Source: a virus
Lineage: Duplodnaviria > Caudoviricetes
IMG/VR virus record: IMGVR_UViG_3300027810_000010
Span: 892-64,891 of that record
Length of the DNA: 64,000 bases
Direction: 5' to 3' (one strand)
Below the pieces are notes generated by a model. That model was not told where the DNA came from. It saw nothing but the letters and a program-made list of their open reading frames with translations, and searched no databases. The position numbers and the translations under genes are program-made. Shown here one piece after another: positions 9,477 to 19,329 of this stretch (positions are counted from its first letter, which is position 1; every line of letters begins with the position of its first letter).

Positions 9477-10610
9477 TTATCTTAACTGTATTGCAAAACT
9501 AGCTCCTTGTGAACTTGCACGTTCTCCGAAACTAGGAGGACTCGCAACCTGTAGAATGTTCTTTTCAAATAAGGACATAATTGTTTTTGAATCTGAAGTT
9601 GATATTAAAAATTTATTTGTAATATATTTAGGTGTTTTTCCCTTAGGATACGACACTAAAACTATGTATTTAAATTTTTCTATTTGTAAGTAATATGCAT
9701 AATATATTTGTAATAGTATTTTGTTAAAAACTTCTACGTCAAAATCTCCATTCTCAGATATCGCTTTAACAAATGCTTGATTAGGTATTTTAGCACTTAA
9801 TAAATAGGTCTTATATACCTCACCGAGTTCTGCAGAGATCGCAGCTATTTCTCTTTTATCAAAGGGCTTTTCATTTGCCATTGCCTTTAAGCATTTTCCA
9901 AAGGATCCTGAACGCTCCTTTGTTATATTCCAGCTAAGATCTGATTTATTTGAATCGTCTAATATGTTTTGTGGGATTGTTCTTCCAATTGTTTTACATA
10001 TTTCATTTACTCCGGTTTTAAAATTATCTCTCATCTTTTTACCGTCGCCATATCCATGGGTTCCTTGTAATCTTGCACCGTTTCCCTTTACTTCAAATTC
10101 CTTGTTATCAATAATAGTATCTCCCTTTTCTTTAGAGTTTGGTCTTCTACCTTCCTTAAACATAAGAGATAGCCATACCTCTCCAATTCCTGTCGATGGA
10201 GTAGAATTCCATGTAAATTGAAATAATTGTTCAGCAGCTGCTGCATCTAAGCCTATTAAATCTTGTGCCAATTTAATTGGATCTGCTGCTTTTCCAAGTG
10301 CACTAGTATATTGAAGTGTTCTATTTTTAAAATACTCCATCATTTTAACGGGATCTTGACTTCTTTTAAGTATATTAAATCCGGTTTCTACATGCTGTTC
10401 ATGTGGTAGTCCAATTTCATCTCTTAGAAAGTTTTTTAATTCTACTTCAAACCCAGCACCTTGAACAGTTGCTTTCAGTTCAGCTATTGTTCTTTCATCG
10501 TCTGCACTTATAGCACCTATGACAGTGCTTCCTATTGATACTGGTAATGATTTAGCCTCGTTTAATTTATTTAAAAGATACTCGAAATTATTTCTTATTG
10601 AATTAGCCAT
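9477..10610 (-). CDS. Putative restriction-fold (PD-(D/E)xK) nuclease with head-targeting-like N-terminus
   Basis: GIGEVWLSL...KGDTIIDNKEFEVKG pattern (E...GD...EVK); N-terminal NFEYLLNKLNE-A. Confidence 0.55.
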   Translation of the reverse strand: MANSIRNNFEYLLNKLNEAKSLPVSIGSTVIGAISADDERTIAELKATVQGAGFEVELKNFLRDEIGLPHEQHVETGFNILKRSQDPVKMMEYFKNRTLQYTSALGKAADPIKLAQDLIGLDAAAAEQLFQFTWNSTPSTGIGEVWLSLMFKEGRRPNSKEKGDTIIDNKEFEVKGNGARLQGTHGYGDGKKMRDNFKTGVNEICKTIGRTIPQNILDDSNKSDLSWNITKERSGSFGKCLKAMANEKPFDKREIAAISAELGEVYKTYLLSAKIPNQAFVKAISENGDFDVEVFNKILLQIYYAYYLQIEKFKYIVLVSYPKGKTPKYITNKFLISTSDSKTIMSLFEKNILQVASPPSFGERASSQGASFAIQLR

Positions 10611-12474
10611 TGTTTTCTAAAAATTGTTTAAATGTTAATAATGATTCTGTAACTTCATTTGATTCTGAAGCGCCTACTGAATCTTCTAATTTTTTCTTAA
10701 GTTCACTATACATTTTGTGTAAAGCTTTTGGCGTTGTAGACTTGAATAGTTTTTCATCTCCGTCTAACATTGCATTTCTAACCTGAGTCGCTGAAATATT
10801 ATCATCTGTTCTTGGAATTTCAAATAATCCAAAATCACTTCTAACTCCAAGATCTTCTCTATAAGAATCTTTATTTACTTGGAATCCATATGTTTTCATT
10901 CTATCACTTCCTGTTCCCCATAATACAGGTTCATATTTAGGTCTCATTGCGTTAAACATAGTATCAATACCTCCAGTTGGAATTACAAAAATTTCTTTTA
11001 GGAATGGATATTGTTTTTGAACAGCTTTGAACATATCTAATTGTGTCTTCTCGTCATAAGGTCTCTTAAATGCATCTTCCTTTTTCTTGTTCTTAGCTTT
11101 TACTAATAGAACTACAACAGGATGGCCGTTTTCTTTATGAATTGTTTCTAATACCTTGGCATGTCCAAGTGTAAATGGCTGGAATCTTCCAACAAACATA
11201 TTCACTAATTCTTTACCCTGTTCAGGATATTTAACAGTAAGAGCTTCTGAAAGATTTACAGTTGCCTTTATTTGATTATGTAGCATGAAATTGCTATAAT
11301 CATATATAGAATTTTCATCTGTATTTTCAACAAAAATCTTTTTATTGATTTCAGAAATTACTGAGTTGACATGGTTTAACATATCCTTAGTGATAATATC
11401 ACTTTCTTTAGTTCTTTCTTTTCTAAATGATCCTAGCATTATTTTAAATAACTCTGCTAATATAGGGTTAGTAGTATTTGAAAGTGTAGTTTCGTTCTTA
11501 ATGTATTTTGTATTAAGCTTGAATGATTCTAAATCTGCAAAATCTGCACTTTCAAAATTAACACCAATAAATTTAGTTGCATTTTCTTTAACATATTCGT
11601 TAAAGATAACTGACATTAATTCAATGTATCTCCAATCTGCAGATTCTTCATTTAATTGAATATCTGACAGTTTATAAGTTGACATGTATTCTACTAAATT
11701 AGCGATAGTAATCTGATACATATGACTAGATTCTTTTTTCTCATTAAGATCTCTAGCAAAATCTTCTAATTTAAACGATCTAATTTTTTTATCACCAATA
11801 AAAGAAACTATTAATCCATCGATCTCAACTTCAAAATCTTCATTAAGAGTAGGTGATGAAATTGATTCATTAAATACCTTAATCATTGCTTGTGTAAATG
11901 GAAGCTTAGCATCAGTATTAGGATTGTAATCGAATTTATTTTTAAATTCATTATCAGATATTGAAAGTATTTCAATAATTCTATCCTTTTGTAATTGTGA
12001 AAGCATTCCATCAAAGATGATACTTGGCTCCTGTACTTCTAATACCCTAGACCATTTCCTAAGAAGGGAAGGGTCGCTTACGACTTTAGATATTTTACCA
12101 GATTCATTCATGACCTGGATATGTGTTAATATTAAATTGTTCTTAGGTAATTTCGTATACTTATATTGAGAAACTCCAGATTCAGGTAAATATTCAAAAC
12201 CGAATTTCCAGTCAAATGGCATATCTTCCTTAACACTAGGAGGTAAGCTCTGAATGTGCTTAATGGCAGTTTCATATAAACTAGTTATCGTTCTATCTAC
12301 CATTGTCATCTTCTTATCAGAAGATTTAAAATATTCAAACTTATCTTGATTTCTTCTAACGTGAAAAGATGCTCCTTGTATTTTTTCAGTGACAATCACC
12401 CTTTCTTTTAACATTTCGCCAAAGGCATTAATGTTAGTTTCTTGAAATACTTGTCTTAATTTTTTAAGTGCCAT
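10603..12474 (-). CDS. Fusion of an N-terminal ligase-fold domain and a C-terminal HxGH nucleotidyltransferase
   Basis: N-terminal TEKIQGASF, FEY, IDGLIV, FKL (ligase motifs I/III/IV/V); C-terminal GRFQPFTLGH, GSDR, PRT..ISATQVR; ends VTESLLTFKQFLE. Confidence 0.75.
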   Translation of the reverse strand: MALKKLRQVFQETNINAFGEMLKERVIVTEKIQGASFHVRRNQDKFEYFKSSDKKMTMVDRTITSLYETAIKHIQSLPPSVKEDMPFDWKFGFEYLPESGVSQYKYTKLPKNNLILTHIQVMNESGKISKVVSDPSLLRKWSRVLEVQEPSIIFDGMLSQLQKDRIIEILSISDNEFKNKFDYNPNTDAKLPFTQAMIKVFNESISSPTLNEDFEVEIDGLIVSFIGDKKIRSFKLEDFARDLNEKKESSHMYQITIANLVEYMSTYKLSDIQLNEESADWRYIELMSVIFNEYVKENATKFIGVNFESADFADLESFKLNTKYIKNETTLSNTTNPILAELFKIMLGSFRKERTKESDIITKDMLNHVNSVISEINKKIFVENTDENSIYDYSNFMLHNQIKATVNLSEALTVKYPEQGKELVNMFVGRFQPFTLGHAKVLETIHKENGHPVVVLLVKAKNKKKEDAFKRPYDEKTQLDMFKAVQKQYPFLKEIFVIPTGGIDTMFNAMRPKYEPVLWGTGSDRMKTYGFQVNKDSYREDLGVRSDFGLFEIPRTDDNISATQVRNAMLDGDEKLFKSTTPKALHKMYSELKKKLEDSVGASESNEVTESLLTFKQFLENNG

Positions 12475-12495
12475 ATTCTGTTGTATTGTTAATAA

Positions 12496-13869
12496 TTAAT
12501 TTCCGTATTTTATAATTCCCATTAGCTGATTAATCGCAGCAAAAGTACCGGTAAGCTTAAACGTCTTTCCGTTATATATGAATACTAAACCTTCGGTTGG
12601 AATTATTGATTCTATTCCTCCGATTGTTTCTAATCTATTTAACTCTCTTTCCACCTTAGCGATTTGAGTTAAATCTCCGTTCTTTTTAATTTTACCAGCC
12701 TCAGTTCTGATTTGAGTATGTAACCTCTGCTTTTCAGCTTCAGGGTTTGCAGCAACAAAGTTTGAAACATTTTTAAGAACATCAGATCCTAACTCTAAAA
12801 ATAAATTTTCAAAGGGAAGTATGTTTTCTTTATATTTCTTTAGTCTGTTTTTGTCAAATTCTTTAATAGCTTTAATCTGATCTTTATCTACTAATTTCTT
12901 AATATTAACCATGTTTAGAGTTTGCTTGTCACCGTATGCCCATCTTAGTAAAAGGCCATGCTTAACATCTGATAATAATTCAGAGAATTCATTTTCAATT
13001 TGATTTCTCCACCACATTTCATGATACATCTTAACTTCATCAGTATCAGAAAGCTTATAGGTGTCTCTTAGTTTATCAATTTTCTTGATATAGTAATCAA
13101 CCTTTGAATCAAATTCAATGTCCTTGTGCATCTTAAGTATCTGTGGAGGTATGATAGTGAATGTCTTCTGAATGTCAGCTTTTAATTCTTTTAATATTTT
13201 AGCAAGCTTTCCACCTACTTTAGAATCAGTTCCTGTAATATTACCGCTTCCATCCGTGTGTGTAATTCCGTGGAATTGAATAACATCTCTGTCATATCTT
13301 ATTACATTTGGATTTTTAGAATAAATAAGCTCCATATTCATGAAAGAAGTTCCATCCTTAAATTCTGAATAGTCTTTTAATTTTCCTAGTGCTTCTGATA
13401 AATCAGTAGCTGCAAAGATATATGTTTCTTCTACTAATTTAGAAGCATGCCCAGTGAACATTTTGATAACTCCATTTAAATCAAGTGGAGATATTAATTG
13501 TCCTTTATTTCTAGCGAATAATACAATACCGTCTTTTACTGTTACAAATAAGTTTTGTCCATCTGTTTTTTCGGTAGGTTGTTCCTCGAAATTAAGTTCT
13601 CCTTGAAGTGCGCTTGTTGCAATTCTTTTAAAATCTCCAAATGTTAAATCTTGATCATCAAAAGGGTGCATCATGTGTCCTGCTGCTCCGCCTTCGTTAA
13701 TTATCTCTAAGTTGCTCCAAGTTTTAAAGTTTTCCTTTATTAAATTAAATTGATCATACGGCATTATAATGTTTTCACTCAAATAGATAGCAGAGTATTC
13801 TTCTCTAGTCATACCTAATTCATCTGCGTGAAATTTAATAAAGTCCTGATAATTGGTCCATGTTTTCAT
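12496..13869 (-). CDS. RNA/DNA-ligase-fold protein (DUF6267-like family of T4-like phages)
   Basis: IINE-GGAAGHMMHPFD, TEKTDGQN (motif I KxDG), MEL, EGLVF (IV), FKLTGTFAAINQL (V). Confidence 0.7.
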   Translation of the reverse strand: MKTWTNYQDFIKFHADELGMTREEYSAIYLSENIIMPYDQFNLIKENFKTWSNLEIINEGGAAGHMMHPFDDQDLTFGDFKRIATSALQGELNFEEQPTEKTDGQNLFVTVKDGIVLFARNKGQLISPLDLNGVIKMFTGHASKLVEETYIFAATDLSEALGKLKDYSEFKDGTSFMNMELIYSKNPNVIRYDRDVIQFHGITHTDGSGNITGTDSKVGGKLAKILKELKADIQKTFTIIPPQILKMHKDIEFDSKVDYYIKKIDKLRDTYKLSDTDEVKMYHEMWWRNQIENEFSELLSDVKHGLLLRWAYGDKQTLNMVNIKKLVDKDQIKAIKEFDKNRLKKYKENILPFENLFLELGSDVLKNVSNFVAANPEAEKQRLHTQIRTEAGKIKKNGDLTQIAKVERELNRLETIGGIESIIPTEGLVFIYNGKTFKLTGTFAAINQLMGIIKYGN

Positions 13870-13900
13870 AATATCCTATGTTGTTATTGCTAATATAATA

Positions 13901-13930
13901 AAAAAGAATGACCCGGAAAAATCCAGGCCA
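13901..13930 (-). terminator. Rho-independent terminator followed by a TATATTAG element
   Basis: Minus strand TGGCCTGGA-TTTT-TCCGGGTCA stem (with G-U pairs), then TTCTTTTTT. Confidence 0.6.
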
Positions 13931-13948
13931 ACTTTTTTTAATAATTTT

Positions 13949-16039
13949 TTATGCTAATGAAGATTGTAATGCACCGATCATAGCTCCATAATCTTCTCCG
14001 TGTTTTGATATTAATCCGGAAATTACTTCTTCAGCTTTTGTTTCATCATAGTCTTCTTCAAATGCATTTTGTAAAACTGCAGTTGCATATTCTCTAAAAT
14101 CTTCAGCGGAAGATACTTCAGCTTCATTGACATTTGATTCTACTAACACTAACCCTATGTCTTTATAATCTATTTCATGTTCTTCTCCGTCTTGGTCTAC
14201 TGCAAATACTGAATTATCGTTCCACATTGCTGCATTATCATCGTTATTAGAATCAGGATTGTAGATTACATATTCTTTTCCATTTCCAGTTTGAATAGTT
14301 GCATCGTCTGCTTTACCTAATTTCTTTAATAGTGATTTTTTATTGTATTTAGCTTCAGTAATTACTGATTCTGAGAATTCTTCAAGATATTCAACGTCTA
14401 CTGCGTTATTACCTTCCATATCCTTTTGTATTTCCTTGGACTTTAATAACTTTTCTAGTTTTTTAATGTCGTATGGTCCGTCACCTAGCTCGTCTTGAGC
14501 CCAATCAGCTAATATATAATATTCGTTAGAAGAATATCCTTCACCATCTCTAAAATCTCCGATTTCTTCGATCGCAGCTTTAGTAATTTTCTTAGCTTCA
14601 GTAATTACTGATTCAAAGGCTGGAACTAATCCAGTTTTTTTGTAAGTATCTGCCATCATCCATTTTTTAGATTTTACATCCCATAAATAAACGAATTCTG
14701 CACCTTCCTCGTCGCGAGCATCTTGTAAATACTTATCGATTCTTTTAATAGATCCGTTACTTGCAACAGAACCATCTCCATAGAAGTTTATTTTACTTAT
14801 ATCACTATCTAATCCTGAATTTGCTCCTTTAGAAAGAATAGTATCTACATTTTTACCACCTTTAAAAGATTTCTTAATAATTGGTAACATATTGTCTGGG
14901 TAAGAATCATAATGAGTATATACTGATGTGATATTTCCTTTATTATCTATTTTACCAAATTGACCTCTTGTTCCTTCTAATATTAAAGACTCAGTTAATG
15001 TGTTTTCTTTAATAAGAACAGGATATTTCTTTCCGTTAAATTCGAATTCTTCTAAACCTTCATCTTTAGCTTTTTTAGCGGCAGCAGCAAATGCTCTACC
15101 TTCAATTACCTTTTGACCTAATTCTTCAGTTGATTCAAATGCAGAGTTAAACATATCTAACATATCTTGGGCTTCTTTAGTAGCTCCTATTGAATCTAAG
15201 TATATTGCTGTTCCTTCTGCGATTGCAATTCCACTCCAGTCACCTGCCGTAGATACTTTACTAGTAACTTGTTGTAATGCATCTTTGATTTTATTAACGC
15301 TCACCTTAACTGCTAAATTAGCTAATCCTGCAACTTTAATTTCTACAGGAGATATAGAACCTTTAATCTTGTTCATGCATGACATTTCTCTATGAAAATT
15401 TGCGTCTTCTAGAGCATACATACCTAAAACTTTAATACATCCTTTAATTAGATTATTGTTTTTAGATTGTGAAATTCCAGGCATTGAATCCATGATTCTT
15501 TTATATGCCGTAAAAACTTTTTTAGCATCTCTTTTACCAGTAACGTCAATAGCTTCTGTAACTGCTGATTCATATGTAGCATATGTTGCCTTTTCTAAAA
15601 GTTCTTGGGTTTTTAATGAGATAAATTCAATTGATTCTTCTTGCTCAAATTCTTCTTCTAGCATGTCATCTATTACCTCAATTAAAATTTCAGAAGCTTG
15701 ATCTACTTTCTTATATAAATAAAGTCCTTCCATTCTTTTAGCAACAGAACGATCTATTTTTTCAGTAATAACAGACTCCGTTACTTCTTCAACTTCAACT
15801 TCAATTTCTTTAATATCTTCTTCAGATACGTCTCCGAATATCTTAGATATGATTTGTTGCTTCTGATCTTCTTCTAATCCTTCAAAAGAAGTTAGTCCCA
15901 TTTCATCAAGAATAGTTGCTAATTTAGAAACTGATTCTTTTCTTTTTAATTCATTCTCTTCTCTAAGCTTCATTACAGTGTCTTGTGTTCTAACCTCTGT
16001 AAACGACTTAAAAGATGAAATCTTATTAACTTTTGCCAT
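13949..16039 (-). CDS. Modular putative capsid-internal polyprotein with ESVITE linkers
   Basis: N-terminal ISSFKSFTE; linkers at 15761, 15554, 14597, 14354 and 14123. Includes a GTRG...SVYTHYDSYP...EFVYLW domain and an AF..A.KKAK..G.EEFEFNGKKY motif. GATATATA at 16073-16080. Confidence 0.75.
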   Translation of the reverse strand: MAKVNKISSFKSFTEVRTQDTVMKLREENELKRKESVSKLATILDEMGLTSFEGLEEDQKQQIISKIFGDVSEEDIKEIEVEVEEVTESVITEKIDRSVAKRMEGLYLYKKVDQASEILIEVIDDMLEEEFEQEESIEFISLKTQELLEKATYATYESAVTEAIDVTGKRDAKKVFTAYKRIMDSMPGISQSKNNNLIKGCIKVLGMYALEDANFHREMSCMNKIKGSISPVEIKVAGLANLAVKVSVNKIKDALQQVTSKVSTAGDWSGIAIAEGTAIYLDSIGATKEAQDMLDMFNSAFESTEELGQKVIEGRAFAAAAKKAKDEGLEEFEFNGKKYPVLIKENTLTESLILEGTRGQFGKIDNKGNITSVYTHYDSYPDNMLPIIKKSFKGGKNVDTILSKGANSGLDSDISKINFYGDGSVASNGSIKRIDKYLQDARDEEGAEFVYLWDVKSKKWMMADTYKKTGLVPAFESVITEAKKITKAAIEEIGDFRDGEGYSSNEYYILADWAQDELGDGPYDIKKLEKLLKSKEIQKDMEGNNAVDVEYLEEFSESVITEAKYNKKSLLKKLGKADDATIQTGNGKEYVIYNPDSNNDDNAAMWNDNSVFAVDQDGEEHEIDYKDIGLVLVESNVNEAEVSSAEDFREYATAVLQNAFEEDYDETKAEEVISGLISKHGEDYGAMIGALQSSLA
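14354..14614 (-). repeat. 18-bp repeat cluster 2; two identical copies with a perfect 14-bp palindrome TCAGTAATTACTGA
   Basis: ttcagtaattactgattc at 14354-14371 and 14597-14614, both preceded by 'ttagc'. Confidence 0.9.
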
Positions 16040-16071
16040 TTTATTTGCTTTTTAATTTGTTTTATTATTAG

Positions 16072-17580
16072 TTATATATCTCCATCAAATTTGACTTTCT
16101 TAATACTATATTCAAATTTTTCTTGTTTATAAATTTTTTGCCTAGCAATACTATGCTTATATAGGTAATTGTCCCATTCGTCTGTTCTAATATCATCTAC
16201 AAAATCGACTATTAATACTGCATCTTTAGACTCATGCTGCCTTAGACCTCTACCAATTGACTGTCTGATGATTACCTCGGATTTGAATGACTCTGTAAAG
16301 AATATGTTGTGAATTTTCTTGATAGAGATACCTGTCGAGAACGTTCCATAAGAAGCTACGATAACCACCTCATCTCCGGCTTCCATCTTCTTCTTATATT
16401 CTTCTCTAATATCAGTTGCTGTTCCTCCGTCTACATAATATACCCTCTTATTTGTATTCTGTCTAAGATGCTCATATATTTTTTTACCATGCTCAATCCT
16501 ATGAAACAAGACAAGTGAGTTCCTAGGAACCTTGCCAATAACACTACATATAAAGTTTAGTCGTCCGAATGAGTTTATTATGTAGTTTTGTTCTAGTTGG
16601 AATACATCCTTCCTGTCGTATTTATTATGTGCTAATTCTTCGAATGCCTTCTTTGCTTTTTCCGGAGCATAGTCCATTTCTATAACTTTGACTTTACATT
16701 TTGCAATGTGACCTTGTTGTTGTAGAAAACTTGCCTTAACTTCACTAATAACAGGACCCGTCTGGCTCATTAATGTTAATTTATCTAAAGATCCGTCCTT
16801 CGGAATAGTACCTGATAAACCATATTTATAAATTGCACTTGTGCATTTTTGTAGTATAGTCTTGATTGAGTTAGATTTTGCTTTGTGAGTTTCATCAACA
16901 ATGACAGCGTCGAACTGCTCGAAATATTCCTTTGGCTTTTTAACCAGAGATTGATATGTACCTATAACTACATTTCTATCAGATTTGATTTTCTGACCAG
17001 CGTAGATTTGTTGGATTTTTAAATTAATCCTATTCTTGTTATTGTATTCGTGGAAATCTTCATGTGCTTGAACAACTAGAGATACGTTAGGAACTATGAA
17101 CAATATCTTTTTAGCATGTTCTTTTTCTAACATATAAGCTACTGTCAAGAATGATATTAGGGTTTTACCAGCAGATGTCGCTAGCTCAGCTAAACATCTT
17201 CTAAATTTAAGAATATTAAATGCTGTTTCTATTTGATAATCCCTTGGTGTAAATTTACTTCCTTCAAAGAACTCCAATGACCATGACTCAAAGGACTCTG
17301 CTCCTATGTTTCTATCAAATAGTCTTTCAATTCCATTAAGTTTAAGATCAAACTTGTATTCCTTACAAACGAGCATAACGTATCTCCAGAGACCAGCGGG
17401 AATCCACTTATCATCTTTGATATATGAGACATACCCGTCCCATATTCCTTTTTTCACTAAAGGATTAAATCTCCAACTATCAATTCTTTTAGTTAAAGAT
17501 ATTTTAATCTGCTCTAGCTCAAGTTCCTCTGCTTCATCAATTCTTAAAAATTGATCATCTTCGGTTAAAGTTAAAATCAA
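16072..17580 (-). CDS. uvsW: SF2 DNA helicase UvsW
   Basis: WDG, PRDYQ, LATSAGKT, DETH, GLSGT, YGTFSTGISIKKIHNI, QSIGRGLR. Confidence 0.93.
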   Translation of the reverse strand: MILTLTEDDQFLRIDEAEELELEQIKISLTKRIDSWRFNPLVKKGIWDGYVSYIKDDKWIPAGLWRYVMLVCKEYKFDLKLNGIERLFDRNIGAESFESWSLEFFEGSKFTPRDYQIETAFNILKFRRCLAELATSAGKTLISFLTVAYMLEKEHAKKILFIVPNVSLVVQAHEDFHEYNNKNRINLKIQQIYAGQKIKSDRNVVIGTYQSLVKKPKEYFEQFDAVIVDETHKAKSNSIKTILQKCTSAIYKYGLSGTIPKDGSLDKLTLMSQTGPVISEVKASFLQQQGHIAKCKVKVIEMDYAPEKAKKAFEELAHNKYDRKDVFQLEQNYIINSFGRLNFICSVIGKVPRNSLVLFHRIEHGKKIYEHLRQNTNKRVYYVDGGTATDIREEYKKKMEAGDEVVIVASYGTFSTGISIKKIHNIFFTESFKSEVIIRQSIGRGLRQHESKDAVLIVDFVDDIRTDEWDNYLYKHSIARQKIYKQEKFEYSIKKVKFDGDI

Positions 17581-17597
17581 ATTTCATTTGACTATTT

Positions 17598-18032
17598 TTA
17601 TAATCTTGAAATATCTAGGCGATTCTTTATTGCAAAGCCCATATTATCAAGAGTTTTTACTGAACCTTCTATGAAGGCTTTCTGGCTTTCAAGTAAATCC
17701 AGAATTTGTCTATCGTCAGAAAGATCTGCATCAATAAATCGCTCTCTCTGTTTGTCTGTTATTTTATAATCGAACTTATAATATTCGATCCATTTCTGTT
17801 TGTATAATTTGTCAATAGTTGCTTTTTGTCCTCTAATCTTAGATGCGATAGTGGCTAAACTTTCAACTAAGATTTGTCTATAGCTTAAAGTATATGCACT
17901 TACCTCTTCCAAAAGAACACCTGCTTTTAAATTTTCAGTAAGATCTTTGATTTTTACAGTCCATTCTGATCTTTGACTTGAAAGATATTCATCAAGTTGA
18001 ACTATTTTTGATTTACTAGATTGCTCTATCAT
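17598..18032 (-). CDS. uvsY: UvsY-like recombination mediator
   Basis: Helical 144-aa protein next to uvsW; KWIEYY...FIDAD...VKTLDNMGFAIKN C-terminus. Confidence 0.65.
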   Translation of the reverse strand: MIEQSSKSKIVQLDEYLSSQRSEWTVKIKDLTENLKAGVLLEEVSAYTLSYRQILVESLATIASKIRGQKATIDKLYKQKWIEYYKFDYKITDKQRERFIDADLSDDRQILDLLESQKAFIEGSVKTLDNMGFAIKNRLDISRL

Positions 18033-18043
18033 ATTATGTTGTA

Positions 18044-18253
18044 TTAAAATAATGAATTATTTTTATTATTACGTTTAACATATACTTCGCTCTTAAATTT
18101 CTTTTTAAATTTAGGAACTATTTTTATCTCTTTCTCAGAATGAGATAAATCAGAAGATTCAAAATCCATTAGCATTTTTAAATTCTTATGTCTTTTACCG
18201 TCTTCTTCAAATTGGTCTAATTCATCATTTACCATTTCTATAAAATCCATCAT
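18044..18253 (-). CDS. Hypothetical protein
   Basis: 69-aa ORF coupled to the primase stop. Confidence 0.55.
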   Translation of the reverse strand: MMDFIEMVNDELDQFEEDGKRHKNLKMLMDFESSDLSHSEKEIKIVPKFKKKFKSEVYVKRNNKNNSLF

Positions 18254-19329
18254 ATATAGTAAGCATCTAGACGTGAATCACTAAAATACTTATCTAACGT
18301 AGATAGGCAATTATTTTTTATTTTCCATGCAGCAAGAACTAAATCGTTTAAGTCCTTTATCTTATTAGGATATTTATCCATATTAGTTTCGGACAGAAAT
18401 TTATCCCAAGTAAATACTTGCTTTCCTTTTTTCAGTTTCTGCATCATTTTTGTTTTTCCGGCTTCGTCATTATCAAACATATATCTAATAGTAGGTATCT
18501 CGTCAAGCTCTTCAGTTGATCTACTAACAGAAGCAAGGGCGAGAGAGTTTGGCATAAATAATGCATCTAAGGGACCTTCGAATATAGTGCATGGCATCTG
18601 AAAATTAACATTCATAATACCGAATAATGTTGATAACTTCTTTGCTGATATTAATTCCTCGTCAATTAGATTTAATTCCTTACCCATCTCTTGATATATC
18701 TTCTCGATATCATATGTAAGGTATCGTGTATTCTTACTCTTGAATAGTGATCTACTTTGAAATCCAATTACTTTATTCTCGGGTGCTAGATTTAATACTA
18801 GAAGCCTCTTATCTTTAGGAGAATACATAAAGTTATTTGCCTTCTTATGTAAAAATCTATTCTTTAAATAAAACCATGCAGCATCTCCGGGTTCTATATC
18901 AATAAGCTTTAGACTCTTTTTAAGTTCTGTTCTAGTTGGAGCTACATCATATAGCCTCTTAAATACACCATGTTGTAAAGTATCTACTTCGTTGACAGCT
19001 ACTTTATGTTCCTTAATGTATTCGATTACATTAATAGAATCTTGAGTGTCCTGAAATTTAATATGATGATCTTTGAGAAATCTATATAAGTCTGAGTGTT
19101 GTCCGCAATTAAAACAATGAAATTGCAAAGTGGCCCAATACAAGTTTCCTCTCTTCTTATGAGATTCTCCATGTGAGTCACCACAATAAGGGCATGCCAG
19201 GTTTAAACGACCTGGCATTTCCTTAATCATGTGTTTTGAAGGGTCAGCATGTTCTTTTACACATACTTGTTTAACTAAACTTCTGACCTTCTGTTTTAAA
19301 TCTTCTGTTATCTTAGATTCCGATCTCAT
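18250..19329 (-). CDS. DNA primase (T4 gp61-like)
   Basis: CPYCGDS...KKRG...FHCFNCG zinc finger; FEGPLDALF and FDNDEAG TOPRIM motifs; KDLND. Confidence 0.92.
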   Translation of the reverse strand: MRSESKITEDLKQKVRSLVKQVCVKEHADPSKHMIKEMPGRLNLACPYCGDSHGESHKKRGNLYWATLQFHCFNCGQHSDLYRFLKDHHIKFQDTQDSINVIEYIKEHKVAVNEVDTLQHGVFKRLYDVAPTRTELKKSLKLIDIEPGDAAWFYLKNRFLHKKANNFMYSPKDKRLLVLNLAPENKVIGFQSRSLFKSKNTRYLTYDIEKIYQEMGKELNLIDEELISAKKLSTLFGIMNVNFQMPCTIFEGPLDALFMPNSLALASVSRSTEELDEIPTIRYMFDNDEAGKTKMMQKLKKGKQVFTWDKFLSETNMDKYPNKIKDLNDLVLAAWKIKNNCLSTLDKYFSDSRLDAYYI

